Source: Eledone cirrhosa
Taxonomy: Eukaryota
Direction: 5' to 3'
Assembly: GCA_964016885.1 (NCBI GenBank)
Contig: OZ024741.1
Coordinates: 26,846,001-26,910,000, forward strand
Length of the DNA stretch: 64,000 bases
Positions within the stretch are counted from its first letter, which is position 1. Every line of letters begins with the position of its first letter. Made by a program: the position numbers and the translations under genes. Under the pieces are notes generated by a model. It ran no database searches and had not been told where the DNA came from. It was given only the letters and a program-made list of their open reading frames with translations. Below are positions 14,218-26,420 of this stretch, piece by piece.

Positions 14218-14840
14218 TTAGTCCTTGATCAGTCCTCACCATACAGACCTAGGATGTGACATTCAATCCACCGTGACCATTATATCTTTTGTTTTCTTCA
14301 CACATGGTGTCATCGATGCAGATATTATTATATATCTTTTTTTCTGTTTGAAGATGATAAATTCTGATATGACAGAGATCTAGTCAATTACTAGATTGCT
14401 ACCCGGTGTTGCCTAGGAAATAATGTGCTGAATTGATAGTCATTTTGTTCAATAAGAATCCTGGTAATTTTGCATAAATTTATTACTACATCAGAAACAG
14501 ATGAATCACTCTCTCTCTCTGTATACAAAATTGTACATTTATTGGTGCAAATAAATAGAATTGTTTATAGATTAAATAATTTCATTATATCTAATATTCT
14601 ATTATATCTGAATCTAATAGCTGAAGGGTCTGTTAAGAGCTAGTGCACTAGATTCTATATTTGATCAGAGACAAATGAAAGATATATGAGATAAAATCTC
14701 TGCTGCTCGTGTTAAACTCTGTGATGTACTAATTAGTAGTAGCACTAACATAGTGTCATTCATAATAGAAGTGTATATGAAAGAATATAAAATATGTTTA
14801 TGTATATTAAACAAACATAAGTCTCACTATGGCAGCTTAA

Positions 14841-15167
14841 CCCTTTAGCAGTTACATTACTCTATATATACTGTTGTATTTTAGTGGCAAAGGCTTTATC
14901 TCACATAATATCGAATCTATGAGATTTTGATGTATTTATTTTGAGAACAATACCTTAACGTCAGTATGAGCAGCTGATTTGAACAGAAAGAGGTGAGAGA
15001 ATTCTGGACGGATACGGCTGGTTTAAATGCTAAAGAGTTAAGGTATTTTTCTTAAAATAAATAACATCAGAATCTCGTAGATTCGATATTGTTAGATAAT
15101 TATGTAAGATAAAGCCTTTACTGTGAAAACACAACAGTATATATAGAATAATGTAAATGCTAAAGGG
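14841..15167. mobile_element. piggyBac-type MITE with TTAA target duplication
   Basis: TTAA|CCCTTTAGCA...TGCTAAAGGG|TTAA; imperfect terminal inverted repeats of about 100 bp. Confidence 0.8.
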
Positions 15168-15420
15168 TTAAGCTGAGACATGCTCACAGCTTTGTCATAG
15201 CTGTGTGAGAATTTAGTTATAAATAAACAAATCTTTTAGATAATGTTTATTCATAGCTAAATTCTAAATTTCCTGCCCTTATTTTCTAAAAAACCTCAAA
15301 TCAAACTGTAGAGCTAACCATTTTTATTATATATAACAAGCTGATGAGTTGGGGTGTATAACCCCACAAAACTTAAGTACCTGTATATATCACTGTTATA
15401 GTCAATTATATATATATATA

Positions 15421-15473
15421 CTCTTTTACTCTTTTACCTGTTCCAGCCATTCGTCTGAAACCATGCTGGGGCA
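15421..15473 (-). mobile_element. Very short 3' end of the CR1-group LINE family at 51-55.5 kb (or of a SINE sharing its tail)
   Basis: Reverse complement matches 55446-55500 incl. (TAAAAGAG)n tail; embedded in (TA)n. Confidence 0.75.
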
Positions 15474-15486
15474 TATATATATATAT

Positions 15487-15878
15487 AGGCACATGGATTA
15501 GTGGTTAGAGCATTGGGTTTGCAATCGAAAGGTTGTGAGTTCAATTCTCGGACCAGGTGATGTGTTGTTTCCTTGAGCAAGACACTTTAATTCACATTGC
15601 TCCAGTTTACTCAGCTGTAGAAATGAGATGATAGGACTGGGGTCCATATCATTCCATTGCAAAGTGGTTGTGGAGGTGCCACGGCAAAAAAGCACCCAGC
15701 GCTCACTGTAAATGAGGTTGGTGTTAGGAAGGGCATCCAGCTGTAGAAATCAAGCCAGAATCAGTTCCTGTATGAGCAAGAGAAGGTAAGCCAACTTGAC
15801 ACTGCCCACAACAGGACAACCCGTCTAACCCATGCTAGTGTGGAAGAATGGACGTAAAACGGTGATGATGATGATGAT
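15487..15878 (+). mobile_element. tRNA-derived SINE head joined to RTE subfamily B 3' tail
   Basis: A box TGGATTAGTGG, B box GAGTTCAATTCT, central CCTTGAGCAAGACACTT, then RTE-B UTR (15655-15878) and (GAT)n. Confidence 0.75.
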
Positions 15879-16664
15879 ATATATATATATATGCTATATA
15901 TACTATAAATTATGTCCATAGAATCATTTGATAAGATATATACACCATTTCCTCTCCCAATTAGTATAATCAACCACACAAAAAACCAATTAAACCAGGC
16001 TATAAGATTAAAAGGCACATATGAAGCAATAATAGATAAATAAACGACAGCCATCTATTCGCGATCAACAGCTATAGAATATTTACCCAGCATTTCAACA
16101 GCACATGGAAATTGATTGAATATATCGTCAGCCATACACAATTAGGTATAAAATTCAAGTTAGAAAAAAATGCATTATATATATATATATAGCATATATA
16201 TATGATGATGATATATATAGCATGAGGTAGGTAAAGAGAAAGAGACAGAGATCCTCATTGACCACATAATAATATCCTCACTGGTTCAAGGAACCACATA
16301 TAAACATCCACATTGACTAGAATGTTCTACATGGAGGCTTCCTTGATGGTTCAAGGATTGGCATCGTTCTTTGAGATAGTGGCATGAATTAAAGTAAGAA
16401 CCTCTCAGTTTTTTTTATTAAACCGACCAATTTTATTTCCTGGCAGTACGTATGAGAGTTGTTAACAAATTATTTCACACCAAAATCAGCAGTTATTTCT
16501 TCCCAAAACAGACAAAGAGAAATTGCTAACTAAAATAGATGATGCCAAAGAGGAATATCGAAAATATAGATTATCATTACAATGAATAACTCTTTTTACT
16601 ATCACACTATATTTAGTGAAAAATTGTATTTTCTTCCTCTAATACTCCCACTCACCATATTTTA

Positions 16665-16743
16665 TATACACACACACACACATACTTACAGACACATATA
16701 CATACATGCACAATCACACATACATACACACAGACAGACACTC

Positions 16744-16793
<50 letters not shown>

Positions 16794-16905
16794 TAACACA
16801 CACACACATATATACACACATACATATATACACACTGACACACACACACACATATATATGTACACATACATATATACACATAATACACATACAACACACA
16901 CACAA
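16665..16905. repeat. (CA)n/(TA)n mosaic
   Basis: Direct inspection. Confidence 0.9.
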
Positions 16906-17362
16906 AAGACGGAATTACTAGAATGTTCCAATAGTCTAAGTACTCCCCTTAGGCAGTACAATTTTCAGAGATGATTCTGTTGTATAAAATGTTTTCGTAC
17001 TCTGGTGACTTCTGCAGTTGTTCAAGGAAAATCAATGAATATTTTTGGTAATTTAGATTACATTATCATTGCAATAAGATTCTAGCATTTTCATTTGGTC
17101 TTATAGAAATAACCATTGTCTTTCCTCTTCCATATATTTACAGATTCTTTCCATGAAAGTACTGCTTTTTTCTATCTTATTAAAAACTCAATAACACAGA
17201 CATATATAACACAGACGTATATCTCTCTTTCACTCTCTCTCTCTCTTCCTTCTCTAACTTAACCTCTCCTCCCCCTCTCTGTGCCATGTATATATTTATA
17301 GATATATATTTATATATATATATTTATATATATATATTTATATATATATATATTTATATATA

Positions 17363-17775
17363 GTAATAATAATAAAATTTGAAGACTAAAATCCAAAGAG
17401 GGCTCGATAAGGAAAATATATATCAAATATATAAGAACCGTAGAGCAAATATTTATTAAAATAACAGATTAAAGTTTAAGCAAAGAATCGCTGCTTTCAC
17501 CCTTAACGGGATCTTCTGAAACTAACAAAGTCAATCTGTAAACGCAGAACTGGATATTTCAAAAAGCGTTGCAACCGGAGGAAGACAGGAAGACGATACT
17601 TTGGTTCATGGTGACGTTCACTGGCAAAGAACGGGAAAAAACGAATAATACGTCATTAATAGGAGCGGTGAAAAACAATTACGTGCAAGGACAGAACCAC
17701 GTTTATGGTATAAAAGAGGTAGGGTGAAAGCAGCGATTCTTTGCTTAAACTTTAATCTGTTATTTTAATAAATAT
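17363..17775 (-). mobile_element. PLE-like terminal fragment with degenerate hammerhead (17474-17522) and short inverted arm
   Basis: Minus: GTTT-CAGAAGA-tCCC gttaa GGGt-GAAA-GCA..TGC-TT-AAAC (core U4 changed to A); 17721-17773 is the inverse of 17450-17503. Confidence 0.55.
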
Positions 17776-17798
17776 ATATATTTATATATATATATTTA

Positions 17799-18876
17799 TC
17801 TATATATATAAAGCTGTGGTTGTCTGTCTGTCTATCGATTTTTGGCACACATCTCCTCTTAGAATCTCTGAGGGAATTGCACCGAAATTGCTATACTTGT
17901 ACATTGAGCCCTAGCGAAGACATCGGAAAAAAAATATTTCAAATTGACCCACCCTATGTGACGAAATCGAATCTAATGTATCGATTTTTGAGCGTAAGTG
18001 ACGAGTTATTTCCCTTTGTTCTATATATATAAAGCTGTGGTTGTCTGTCTGTCTTTCGATTTTTGGCACACATCTCCTCTTAGAATCTCTGACGGAATTG
18101 CACCGAAATAGCTATAATTGTACATTGAGCCCTAGCGAAGACATCGGAAAAAAAATATTTCAAATTGACCCACCCTATGTGACGAAATCGAATCTAATGT
18201 ATCGATTTTTGAGCGTAAGTGACGAGTTATTTCCCTTTGTTCTATATATATATAAAGCTGTGGTTGTCTGTCTGTCTTTCGATTTTTGGCACACATCTCC
18301 TCTTAGAATCTCTGACGGAATTGCACCGAAATTGCTATACTTGTACATTGAGCCCTAGCGAAGACATCGGAAAAAAATATTTCAAATTGACCCACCCTAT
18401 GTGACGAAATCGAATCTAATGTATCGATTTTTGAGCGTAAGTGACGAGTTATTTCCCTTTGTTCTGTTTACATTTTCTGCGTGCAAAAATTAAAAAAATT
18501 ACGCTGGCTTTCTCACCGTTTAAAATGACATTAACACAATACACGAACAGTTGTCGAGCCAGCAAAATTTTGACCTGCTAAATTCATCAGTTCGAACACT
18601 AAGCTGCCGTTTTGCTTGATTTCCATTTAAAAGCCTTTTAAAACAATATTTTTACTTGAAAACAAGTCTATTTAAAGACTACGTAAAACAAGCAAATATT
18701 TCGTAAAAAAAAGCAAAAATTATATAAGTTTATTTAAAATATATGTATCTGTAAATTTCGTTAGGCGTGCAGACAGACAGTCGTGCAGACAGACTTTAAG
18801 CCAAAAAAGAAACTTAACATTGTAACTTTAACACAGCTACTGAGCGACCCCGAGCAACGCCGGGCTTTACTGCTAG
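17799..18876 (+). mobile_element. Non-autonomous Helitron with triplicated 221 bp 5' end
   Basis: A|TC 5' start, 3' hairpin CCCG-AGCAACGC-CGGG then CTAG|T; units restart TCTATATATATAAAGCTG at 17799, 18020, 18241. Confidence 0.82.
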
Positions 18877-19109
18877 TATATATATATATTTATATATATA
18901 TAGAGAGAGAGAGCAAACATCACGGACGCTCTATCTCAAAATTATTTTTGAAAAGCATTATAAATGCGCAACCGGTAAAACTTAAAACCAAAAACTGAAT
19001 ACTAACCAATACTATTACTAATTCTCACTTATTCCTAATTAAACTATTTTTCACTGTGAACAATTTGTCGGCATTTTCTTTTCCGTTTACCAATATATAT
19101 ATTTCTACC

Positions 19110-20267
19110 TATGTGTAGGAAAGGCGTAGGTAGAAACTCCATTTTATGTCCTAAATGCAAAGTATGGGTGCATAAAAGATGTAGTGGGATCACAGGTAAG
19201 CTAACTAAGAACATAGATTTTACATGTGGCCGGTGTTCTGGTGCAATAAGTAGCAGCAAGTGCCCACTAAATACTAGCTCTTTCAATTGCGCAGAGGGTT
19301 CTATAGAAATAGTGGACAGCTTCCGTTACCTGGGTGACAAAATCAGCAGTGGGGGAGTGTGCTCTGAAAGTACAGTAGCTAGAGTCAGAACTGGTTGGAA
19401 AAAGTTCAGAGAGCTTATACCACTATTAACTGCTAAAGGGTTCTCCCTAAAAATGAAAGGCAGGTTGTACGATGCCTGCATACGAACAGCAATGTTGCAT
19501 GGCAGTGAGACCTGGGCATTGTGTGCAGAGGATATACGCAGACTAGAGAGGAACAAAGCTTGCATGCTCCGCTGGATGTGTAACAGTAATATACGTGAAC
19601 GGCAAAGCATAAACGAACTAAGGAAAAAATTAGAGATAAGAGGGATCAGATGTTGTTTACTCGAGAGAAGGATACGTTGGTATGGACACGTGATGCGCAT
19701 GAAAGTCGATAGCTGTATAACAAAGTGCAGGGCAATAAAGATAGACGGTAGCCACGGAATAGGCAGACCTAGAAAAACCTGGGACGAGCTGATAAACTCC
19801 GACCTCACACACTTACACCTCTCCAAGACAATGTCACTGGACCGAGACCTTTGGCGGTACTCAGTAACAGAGAAGACCCGCCTTACCTAAATATATAGTA
19901 AAACCTACTCCAGCCAATAGGCATCTCTAACAAAATACACCCCATCCCACCACCACCACCCCGTTCTATGTAAAGTTATGTTGGTGCCGCGCCATCCAGG
20001 CCGAAACAAATGAGATCGTGTAGGTGTCACGACAAAAAAACACACAGTCCACGCTGTAATGTGGCCATGTAGGCAACACGGTAAACACCTCCCAGACCCA
20101 CACTGTAAATGTGGTTGGTGTTAGGAAGGGCATCCAACTGTAGAAAACCTGCCAGACAGTCCTATGCGAGCAAGACAATCACTCTTGCCTCAAATGGGAC
20201 TACCCCCGTCCAAACCCATGCAAGCGTGGAACACGGACGTTAAACGTTGATGATGATGATGATGATG

Positions 20268-20269
<2 letters not shown>
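19110..20269 (+). mobile_element. 5'-truncated RTE LINE (PHD finger to 3' end)
   Basis: Open 259 aa ORF nearly identical to 44.7-45.5 kb; (GAT)n tail. Confidence 0.92.
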
Positions 20270-20301
<32 letters not shown>

Positions 20302-20336
20302 ATATTTATTTATATATATATATATATATATTTATT

Positions 20337-20388
<52 letters not shown>

Positions 20389-20421
20389 TATTTATATATA
20401 TATATTTTTATATATATATTT

Positions 20422-22336
20422 ATCATCATCATCATCATCATCATCATTTTACATCCGCTTTTCCCTGCTTGCAAGGGTGGGACGGGTTTTATTCAGCACA
20501 GCATCTCTCCACTCGTCACGGTCCTTCGTCATCTCCACCGTGAGCTTCAATGATCTGAGGTCTGTTCTCACCAACTCCGCCCATGTTTTTCGTGGTCTAC
20601 CTCTACCACGTCTTCCTTCAACTGGCATTTCCTGGCACTTCTTCACCCATCGGTCATCCTCCATGCGCATCACATGTCCATACCACCTCAGTCTCCTCTC
20701 CCGTACACTACATTCTATCCCTCTCAGACACAGTTTCTCTCTCAACACATTTATGCTGGGTCGTTCACGCACATTTACACTGCACATCCAACGGAGCATG
20801 CTTGCCTCATTTCTCTCCAGCCGTCACATATCCTCTGCAGTTGCTGCCCATGTCTCACTACCATGCAGCATCGCGCTCCTCACACAGGCATCATACAACC
20901 GGCCTTTTGTACGCAGAGAGAAACCCTTCTTCGTCAACAGAGGAAGCAGCTCCCTAAACTTCTTCCAACCCATCCTTATTCTAGATACTATGGCCTCGGA
21001 ACACCCTCCTCCCATGCTAATCTGATCTCCTAGGTACCGGAAGCTATCCACCACTTCTATAGCGCCCTCCTGCATCTGAAAAATGTGTCTATCAATGCGA
21101 CTTCTACTGTCTAATTTCCCTGTACATCTACTGCATACATATTTCTCCCTACCTGTTAGTTTGCCTGCTATCCCGCTACATCTCTTTTGTACGCAGGATC
21201 TGCATTGTGTGCATTTTATAGAATTTATGCCAGTTCCTTTTCTGCATCTCAAACATGGCCATTTCCCTGACGGAATCAGGGTTTTGTCCTCTTTTCTACT
21301 CATCAACACTTTTGTCTTAGCTAGATTCACTCTCAGTCCTCTTGCTTCCAACTGCTGTTTCCATAGCCAGAATTTATTCTCTAGCTCCTCTACTGATTCT
21401 GCTATAAGAACCAGATCGTCAGCATAGAGAAGTTCCCATGGACAGCCAGTCTTAAACTCCTCTGTTATGGCTAGGGAGGACTATAATGAACAAGAGCGGG
21501 CTGAGGACCGAACCTTGATGTACTCCTACTTGTATCTGGAATTCCTCACTAAACTCCATTCCTACCCTGACTTTACTGACAGTACCTCTGTACAAAGTTT
21601 GCACTGTCCTCACAAGCCATTCCTCAACACCTAGTTTCCTTAGGGACCACCAGATGACAGATCAGGGTACCCTATCAAAGGCCTTCTCGAGGTCAACATA
21701 GGCTAAGTATAGTGGCTTATTTTTCTTTAAGAACTTCTCTTGTAATTGTCTCACCAAGAAGAGGGCATCTGTTGTACTCTTCCCAGGCACAAAACCAAAC
21801 TGCCTCTCATCTAGTTTGACCCTTTCTCTAATTAGTTGTGCTAAAATCCTTTCTGCCACTTTAATAACCTGATCTATCAGTTTTATACCCCTATAATTGC
21901 TCCTCTCCAGAGCATCCCCTTTACCTTTGTAGAAATTTATGAGAATACTGCTGCACCAGTCTTTGGGTATGACACCACCATATATAGCCTGATTGATGAT
22001 GCGTGCAACCAGTTTAGTGCCTACGTCCCCTGATGCCTTCAGCATCTCAGCAACTATTCCCGATGGTCCGGCAGCCTTACCATTTTTCATTTCCCTAATC
22101 GCCTCTTGGACCCTATATTCGTCAATCTCAATAGCTGGTCCCTCTGTCGGATCTACCAAGGGTAATTTCTCTCTCTCCCATTTGTTCTCCACATTCATCA
22201 GTCTCTCATAATGACATTTCCAGGCCTCCTTTTTCTGATCATTTGTGACACTAAGTACACTGGCATCATCCCGGACACATTTATCTCCAACAACATCCTG
22301 ATTTGCATTGATACACTGCCTTGCAATGTGGAACAC
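20422..22336 (-). mobile_element. Divergent RTE family C, 5'-truncated, almost no 3' UTR
   Basis: RT motifs DLEKAFDRVP, LLYADD; PHD CLRC..CTQC..C..CSRC; ORF ends [13 protein letters not shown] directly before (GAT)n. Confidence 0.9.
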
Positions 22337-22399
22337 CGCATTTATATATATATATATTTATATATATACATATATATTTACATATATATATTTATATAT

Positions 22400-22603
22400 A
22401 GTTTTAATATAGATAAGATTCTACAGGACTAGAACTGTTTCATTCTTTAGAAATCATCAGGAATCCTGATTCCTGATGATTTCTAAAGAATGAAACAGTT
22501 CTAGTCCTGTAGAATCTCATCTATATTAAAACTTTTATACTCTGCAATGTATTGAGTACCTTACTTACTGTGGTTACCTCCGATCAACCCGGAATAACGT
22601 ATA
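22400..22603 (+). mobile_element. PLE-type 3' terminal fragment with fold-back; hammerheads on both strands
   Basis: Arms 22400-22465/22468-22533 are reverse complements; tail motif TTGAGTAC. Confidence 0.75.
22468..22516 (+). ncRNA. Type I hammerhead ribozyme (mirror copy 22417-22465 on minus)
   Basis: GATTC-CTGATGA-tTTCT aa AGAAt-GAAA-CAG ttctagtc CTG-TA-GAATC. Confidence 0.85.
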
Positions 22604-22671
22604 TTTATATATATATATATAAGTATGTATGGAATTTCGTTTCATTTTTTCTGTTTATATATATATATTTA

Positions 22672-23260
22672 TCATCATCATCATCATCATCATCATCACC
22701 GTTTTACTCCGTTCTTCCACACTAGCATGGGTTAGACGGGTTGTCCTGTTATGGGCTGTGTCTGGTTGGCTGACCATGCCTTGCTCATACAGGAACTGAT
22801 TTTGGCTGGATGCCCTTCCTAACACCAACCTCATTTACAGTGAGTGCTGGGTGCTTTTTCCGTGGTGCCTACACGTCCACTTTACAGTGTGGGCTGGGTG
22901 CTTTTTTGCTGTGGCACCTCCACCACCACCTTACAGTGGGAGGGTGTGGGGGCATATTGTCTATATGCTTCAGCTTGTACCCATGGGAGGTCGGGTACTC
23001 TGTATTACTGCGTGACGCCAGAGGTCACGGTCGTGTGTCGTCACCTTTGAGAGGTGTAATTGGGTAAGGTCGGCTTTTATCACCTCATCCCAGGTCTTCT
23101 TGGGTCTCCCCACTCCGCGGTCTCCATTGACTTCTAGTGCTCTGCACCTTTTTATGCAGTTGTCATCCTTCATACGCATCACATGTCCATACCAACGCAA
23201 CCGCCTCTCCTGCACACAGCATTTGATTCCTCTTATGCTCAGTCTCTCTCTCAATTCATT
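22672..23260 (-). mobile_element. RTE subfamily B 3' fragment
   Basis: Encodes [29 protein letters not shown]; matches 47650-48250. Confidence 0.88.
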
Positions 23261-23319
23261 TATATATATATATATATATATATGAGAATAAACGTGCTGT
23301 GTGGCTGCTAATGGGTTAC

Positions 23320-23420
23320 ATATGAATAAAGTTAGTGCTTCATCAGTGATCTTCCAACCATCATTGGTATGAAATACCAATGATGGTTGGAAGATCACTG
23401 ATGAAGGACTAACTTTATTC

Positions 23421-23424
<4 letters not shown>
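23320..23424. repeat. Near-perfect palindrome containing CTGATGA
   Basis: ~50 bp arms around GGTAT-GAA-ATACC; probably a fold-back PLE remnant. Confidence 0.75.
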
Positions 23425-23452
<28 letters not shown>

Positions 23453-23465
23453 ATATATTTATATT

Positions 23466-23498
<33 letters not shown>

Positions 23499-23510
23499 AT
23501 ATATATATAT

Positions 23511-23610
23511 GCAAAAGTTTTATTTAAAATTGTTGGGTTACAACAAGTAAATATTTTATAACTGATATAAAGCACTCGACAAGTTTTTGGAGTAGATATA
23601 CGATATTATA
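23511..23610 (-). mobile_element. PLE 3' terminal tail (family shared with 30.9 kb, 41.0 kb, 41.3 kb)
   Basis: Reverse complement of ...GAGTGCTTTATATCAGTTATAAAATATTTACTTGTTG...CCCAACAATTT. Confidence 0.7.
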
Positions 23611-24745
23611 AGCCAGCCTCCTACATTAATGGTCGAAATATTTATGGTACGTCAAAATTATTTATAAAACTGGTTATATATTGTATTTATAAAACTGGTT
23701 ATATATTGTATTTAGATTGACCTCTGGCCGGCCCTGGTGATGATTATCTCTCGACATCCAATGTAGCAAGCGATGACCCAGAACTTACCAGAGATCATTG
23801 TGTGTTGAAGTGATTCTGCAATCACCGCGCCTGGTCCTATGAGTAGACTACAACCACAGAGATCATTAATTTAGAATCATCGCTCATCGTCTATAATATT
23901 CATTTGTGGCACCCTACGATGGGGGTTAATTCACCATAATAATACGAACACCTTCAGCACAACTTAATAAACTACTCTATAGTTAAAACACTTTATGCTT
24001 TAGAAATTTTTTGGAAGTTGCGCATAACCATAGAAATTAGGGTCTATATTGAGACACATTTCAATAGCTAGGAATAGAAACCCCGGAGTTACCTCCCCTC
24101 ATGCATTAACTCCCCTTAGCCACACACACACTTCCGGGTAGTATTCAATGTCGTTTCTCGAAACATAACAGCCTCCTGTATTGAACTAAAGAACATCAGA
24201 CTACGATTCTCTAACTGGATTGCCAAACGCTCAATATCGAATTGTCGTGGATTATGTGAGGGGCATATAATCGAAAAATACACTCCCCTGACCATGAAAA
24301 TGTCGAAGTACATGAAGTCCATATCATCCCTTCGCTGTGCATTTCCAATACTTTTAATATTTTTAATGCTTGCACTATTTTTAATGCTTATATCATTTCT
24401 CCACACACAGACTATAACAATCATATAAAGAATTTGCCACCAGATCTACCAACCTAACACTCTTGTTTACCTACCTAAGTGCTCCTACTACACGTAACTC
24501 TCTGCCACACTATATAAACAAAACGCACGTGCTTGCCACACATATAACATTTGCACTATATAACCGCTTATTTTCATGTTGTATTTTAACCTGTATTTTT
24601 GATTTTTGGTTGTACCTTTTAACATGAATCTAATCTCGAAGTGTGTACTGCCACTCTAAATGCTGTAATGAATGTTGACCCACAATATTTGCATATGTAT
24701 CTTGGCTGAAAAGGAGGTCATATCACTGTCCATTCATTAATAAAT

Positions 24746-24792
24746 TGCTCCGAAGAACCCAAACCTCGGTTTGGAGGAAACAGCTGTAAGCA
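24746..24792 (+). ncRNA. Type I hammerhead ribozyme, variant core
   Basis: TGCT-CCGAAGA-acCCAAACC tc GGTTTGGag-GAAA-CAGCTG-TA-AGCA; U4 replaced by C. Confidence 0.65.
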
Positions 24793-24837
24793 CAAAAATT
24801 TTTTGAACAGTTCTTTGATTCCTATATCTCATATATT

Positions 24838-25000
<163 letters not shown>

Positions 25001-25053
25001 TTATATATATATATTTATATTTATATATATATATATTTATATATATATATATT

Positions 25054-25088
<35 letters not shown>

Positions 25089-25169
25089 GTATATATATAT
25101 TTATACATATATATATATATTTATACATATATATATATATTTATATATATATATTTATATATATATATT

Positions 25170-25223
<54 letters not shown>

Positions 25224-25237
25224 TATATATATATATT

Positions 25238-25271
<34 letters not shown>

Positions 25272-25296
25272 TATATATATATATTTATATATATAA

Positions 25297-25622
25297 ATAT
25301 AAATTAGGGAGAATCGTAATTCGGCTTAGGAATAAACGAAAAACAACTTCCGAGATGTGTGGCAAGCGCTCGATGATTCAGATGAACCAGAGGTACAACA
25401 TACGTTAAAGGCCAAACACACTGAGACGATGGTTAAACAAACATCCACACAGCCAAAGAAACGACCAAGTAATTCGGGTCAGACAATAAAAATATATGTG
25501 ATTGAAAATTTACCTGGACCCCTGGAAGGTTGGTAAAATCCAGCATTTGGGTTTCTGCGACTCCTAAATCAAGTACTGTCTGCTTACATAAATAATGTTA
25601 GGCTTCTGGTAAGATGATTGAA
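25297..25622 (-). mobile_element. Dispersed ~330 bp repeat, copy 2
   Basis: Similar to 11541-11875; (TA)n on both sides. Confidence 0.65.
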
Positions 25623-25665
25623 ATATATATATATATATTTATATATATATATATATTTATATATT

Positions 25666-25738
<73 letters not shown>

Positions 25739-26420
25739 ATTTATATATATATTTATATATATATGTATATATTTATATATATCTATATTTATATATATAT
25801 TTATATATGTATATATTTATATATATATATATATATATATTTATACATATATATATATATTTATATATATATATTTCGTTTCTGAATTTGTTTAGCAAGA
25901 TTCTTTATCTGAAATCGTGTGTTGAAACCGATATTGTTATACTTTGGGAGGGTCATGTTGTCAATAAGAAACACACGCACCAGTTGCTTTCACTTCAATT
26001 TATTATATATTTATAAATTTATAAATTTACAAACTTACAAACTTATAAATTTCTGGTTGGTTGGTTGGTTCTACAACCAGATAGTTGTTTATATATAGTC
26101 ATAGTCCTTTTGTCACACACTCTGTGACCTCTTCAGTGACTGGGGATTCCTTTCTTCGTTTCTGTGCCTTTCCTTTCATCTATCCTACGCCATTTTGTTT
26201 CTGTGTGTGTGTTGTGTGCTCAGTTTGCGCATGCGCCACATCCGGGTGTCTGTGTGTGTTTGTGTTCATTTATCTATTTGTTTATTTATTTATTTATTTA
26301 TTGTTGGTTGGTTGTTTGTTCTATGTGTGTGTGTGTTTTCATTTTGTCCTGTGTGTGTTTTCATTTTGTCCTTAATTGTAAGTTGTTTGTTCTATGTGTG
26401 TGTGTGTTTTCATTTTGTCC

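Noticed and set aside
12677-14242. His-rich, Thr/Ile-rich and Val/Gly-rich ORFs
   Set aside because: Trinucleotide repeat translations in several frames; no domain or splice evidence
14385-14420. Helitron 3' end on minus strand (hairpin + CTAG)
   Set aside because: Hairpin imperfect and no matching 5' end found
15487-15560. tRNA gene
   Set aside because: No complete cloverleaf; continues into SINE body
23390-23424. Complete hammerhead in the 23.3 kb palindrome
   Set aside because: CTGATGA present but no downstream GAAA/UH with closing stems
24116-24424. 102 aa minus-strand ORF
   Set aside because: No recognisable motif; length expected by chance
25383-25520. Hairpin-ribozyme-like ACCAGAG...TTACCTGG pair
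   Set aside because: Pairing is lost in the 11.6 kb copy; loop A/B consensus absent
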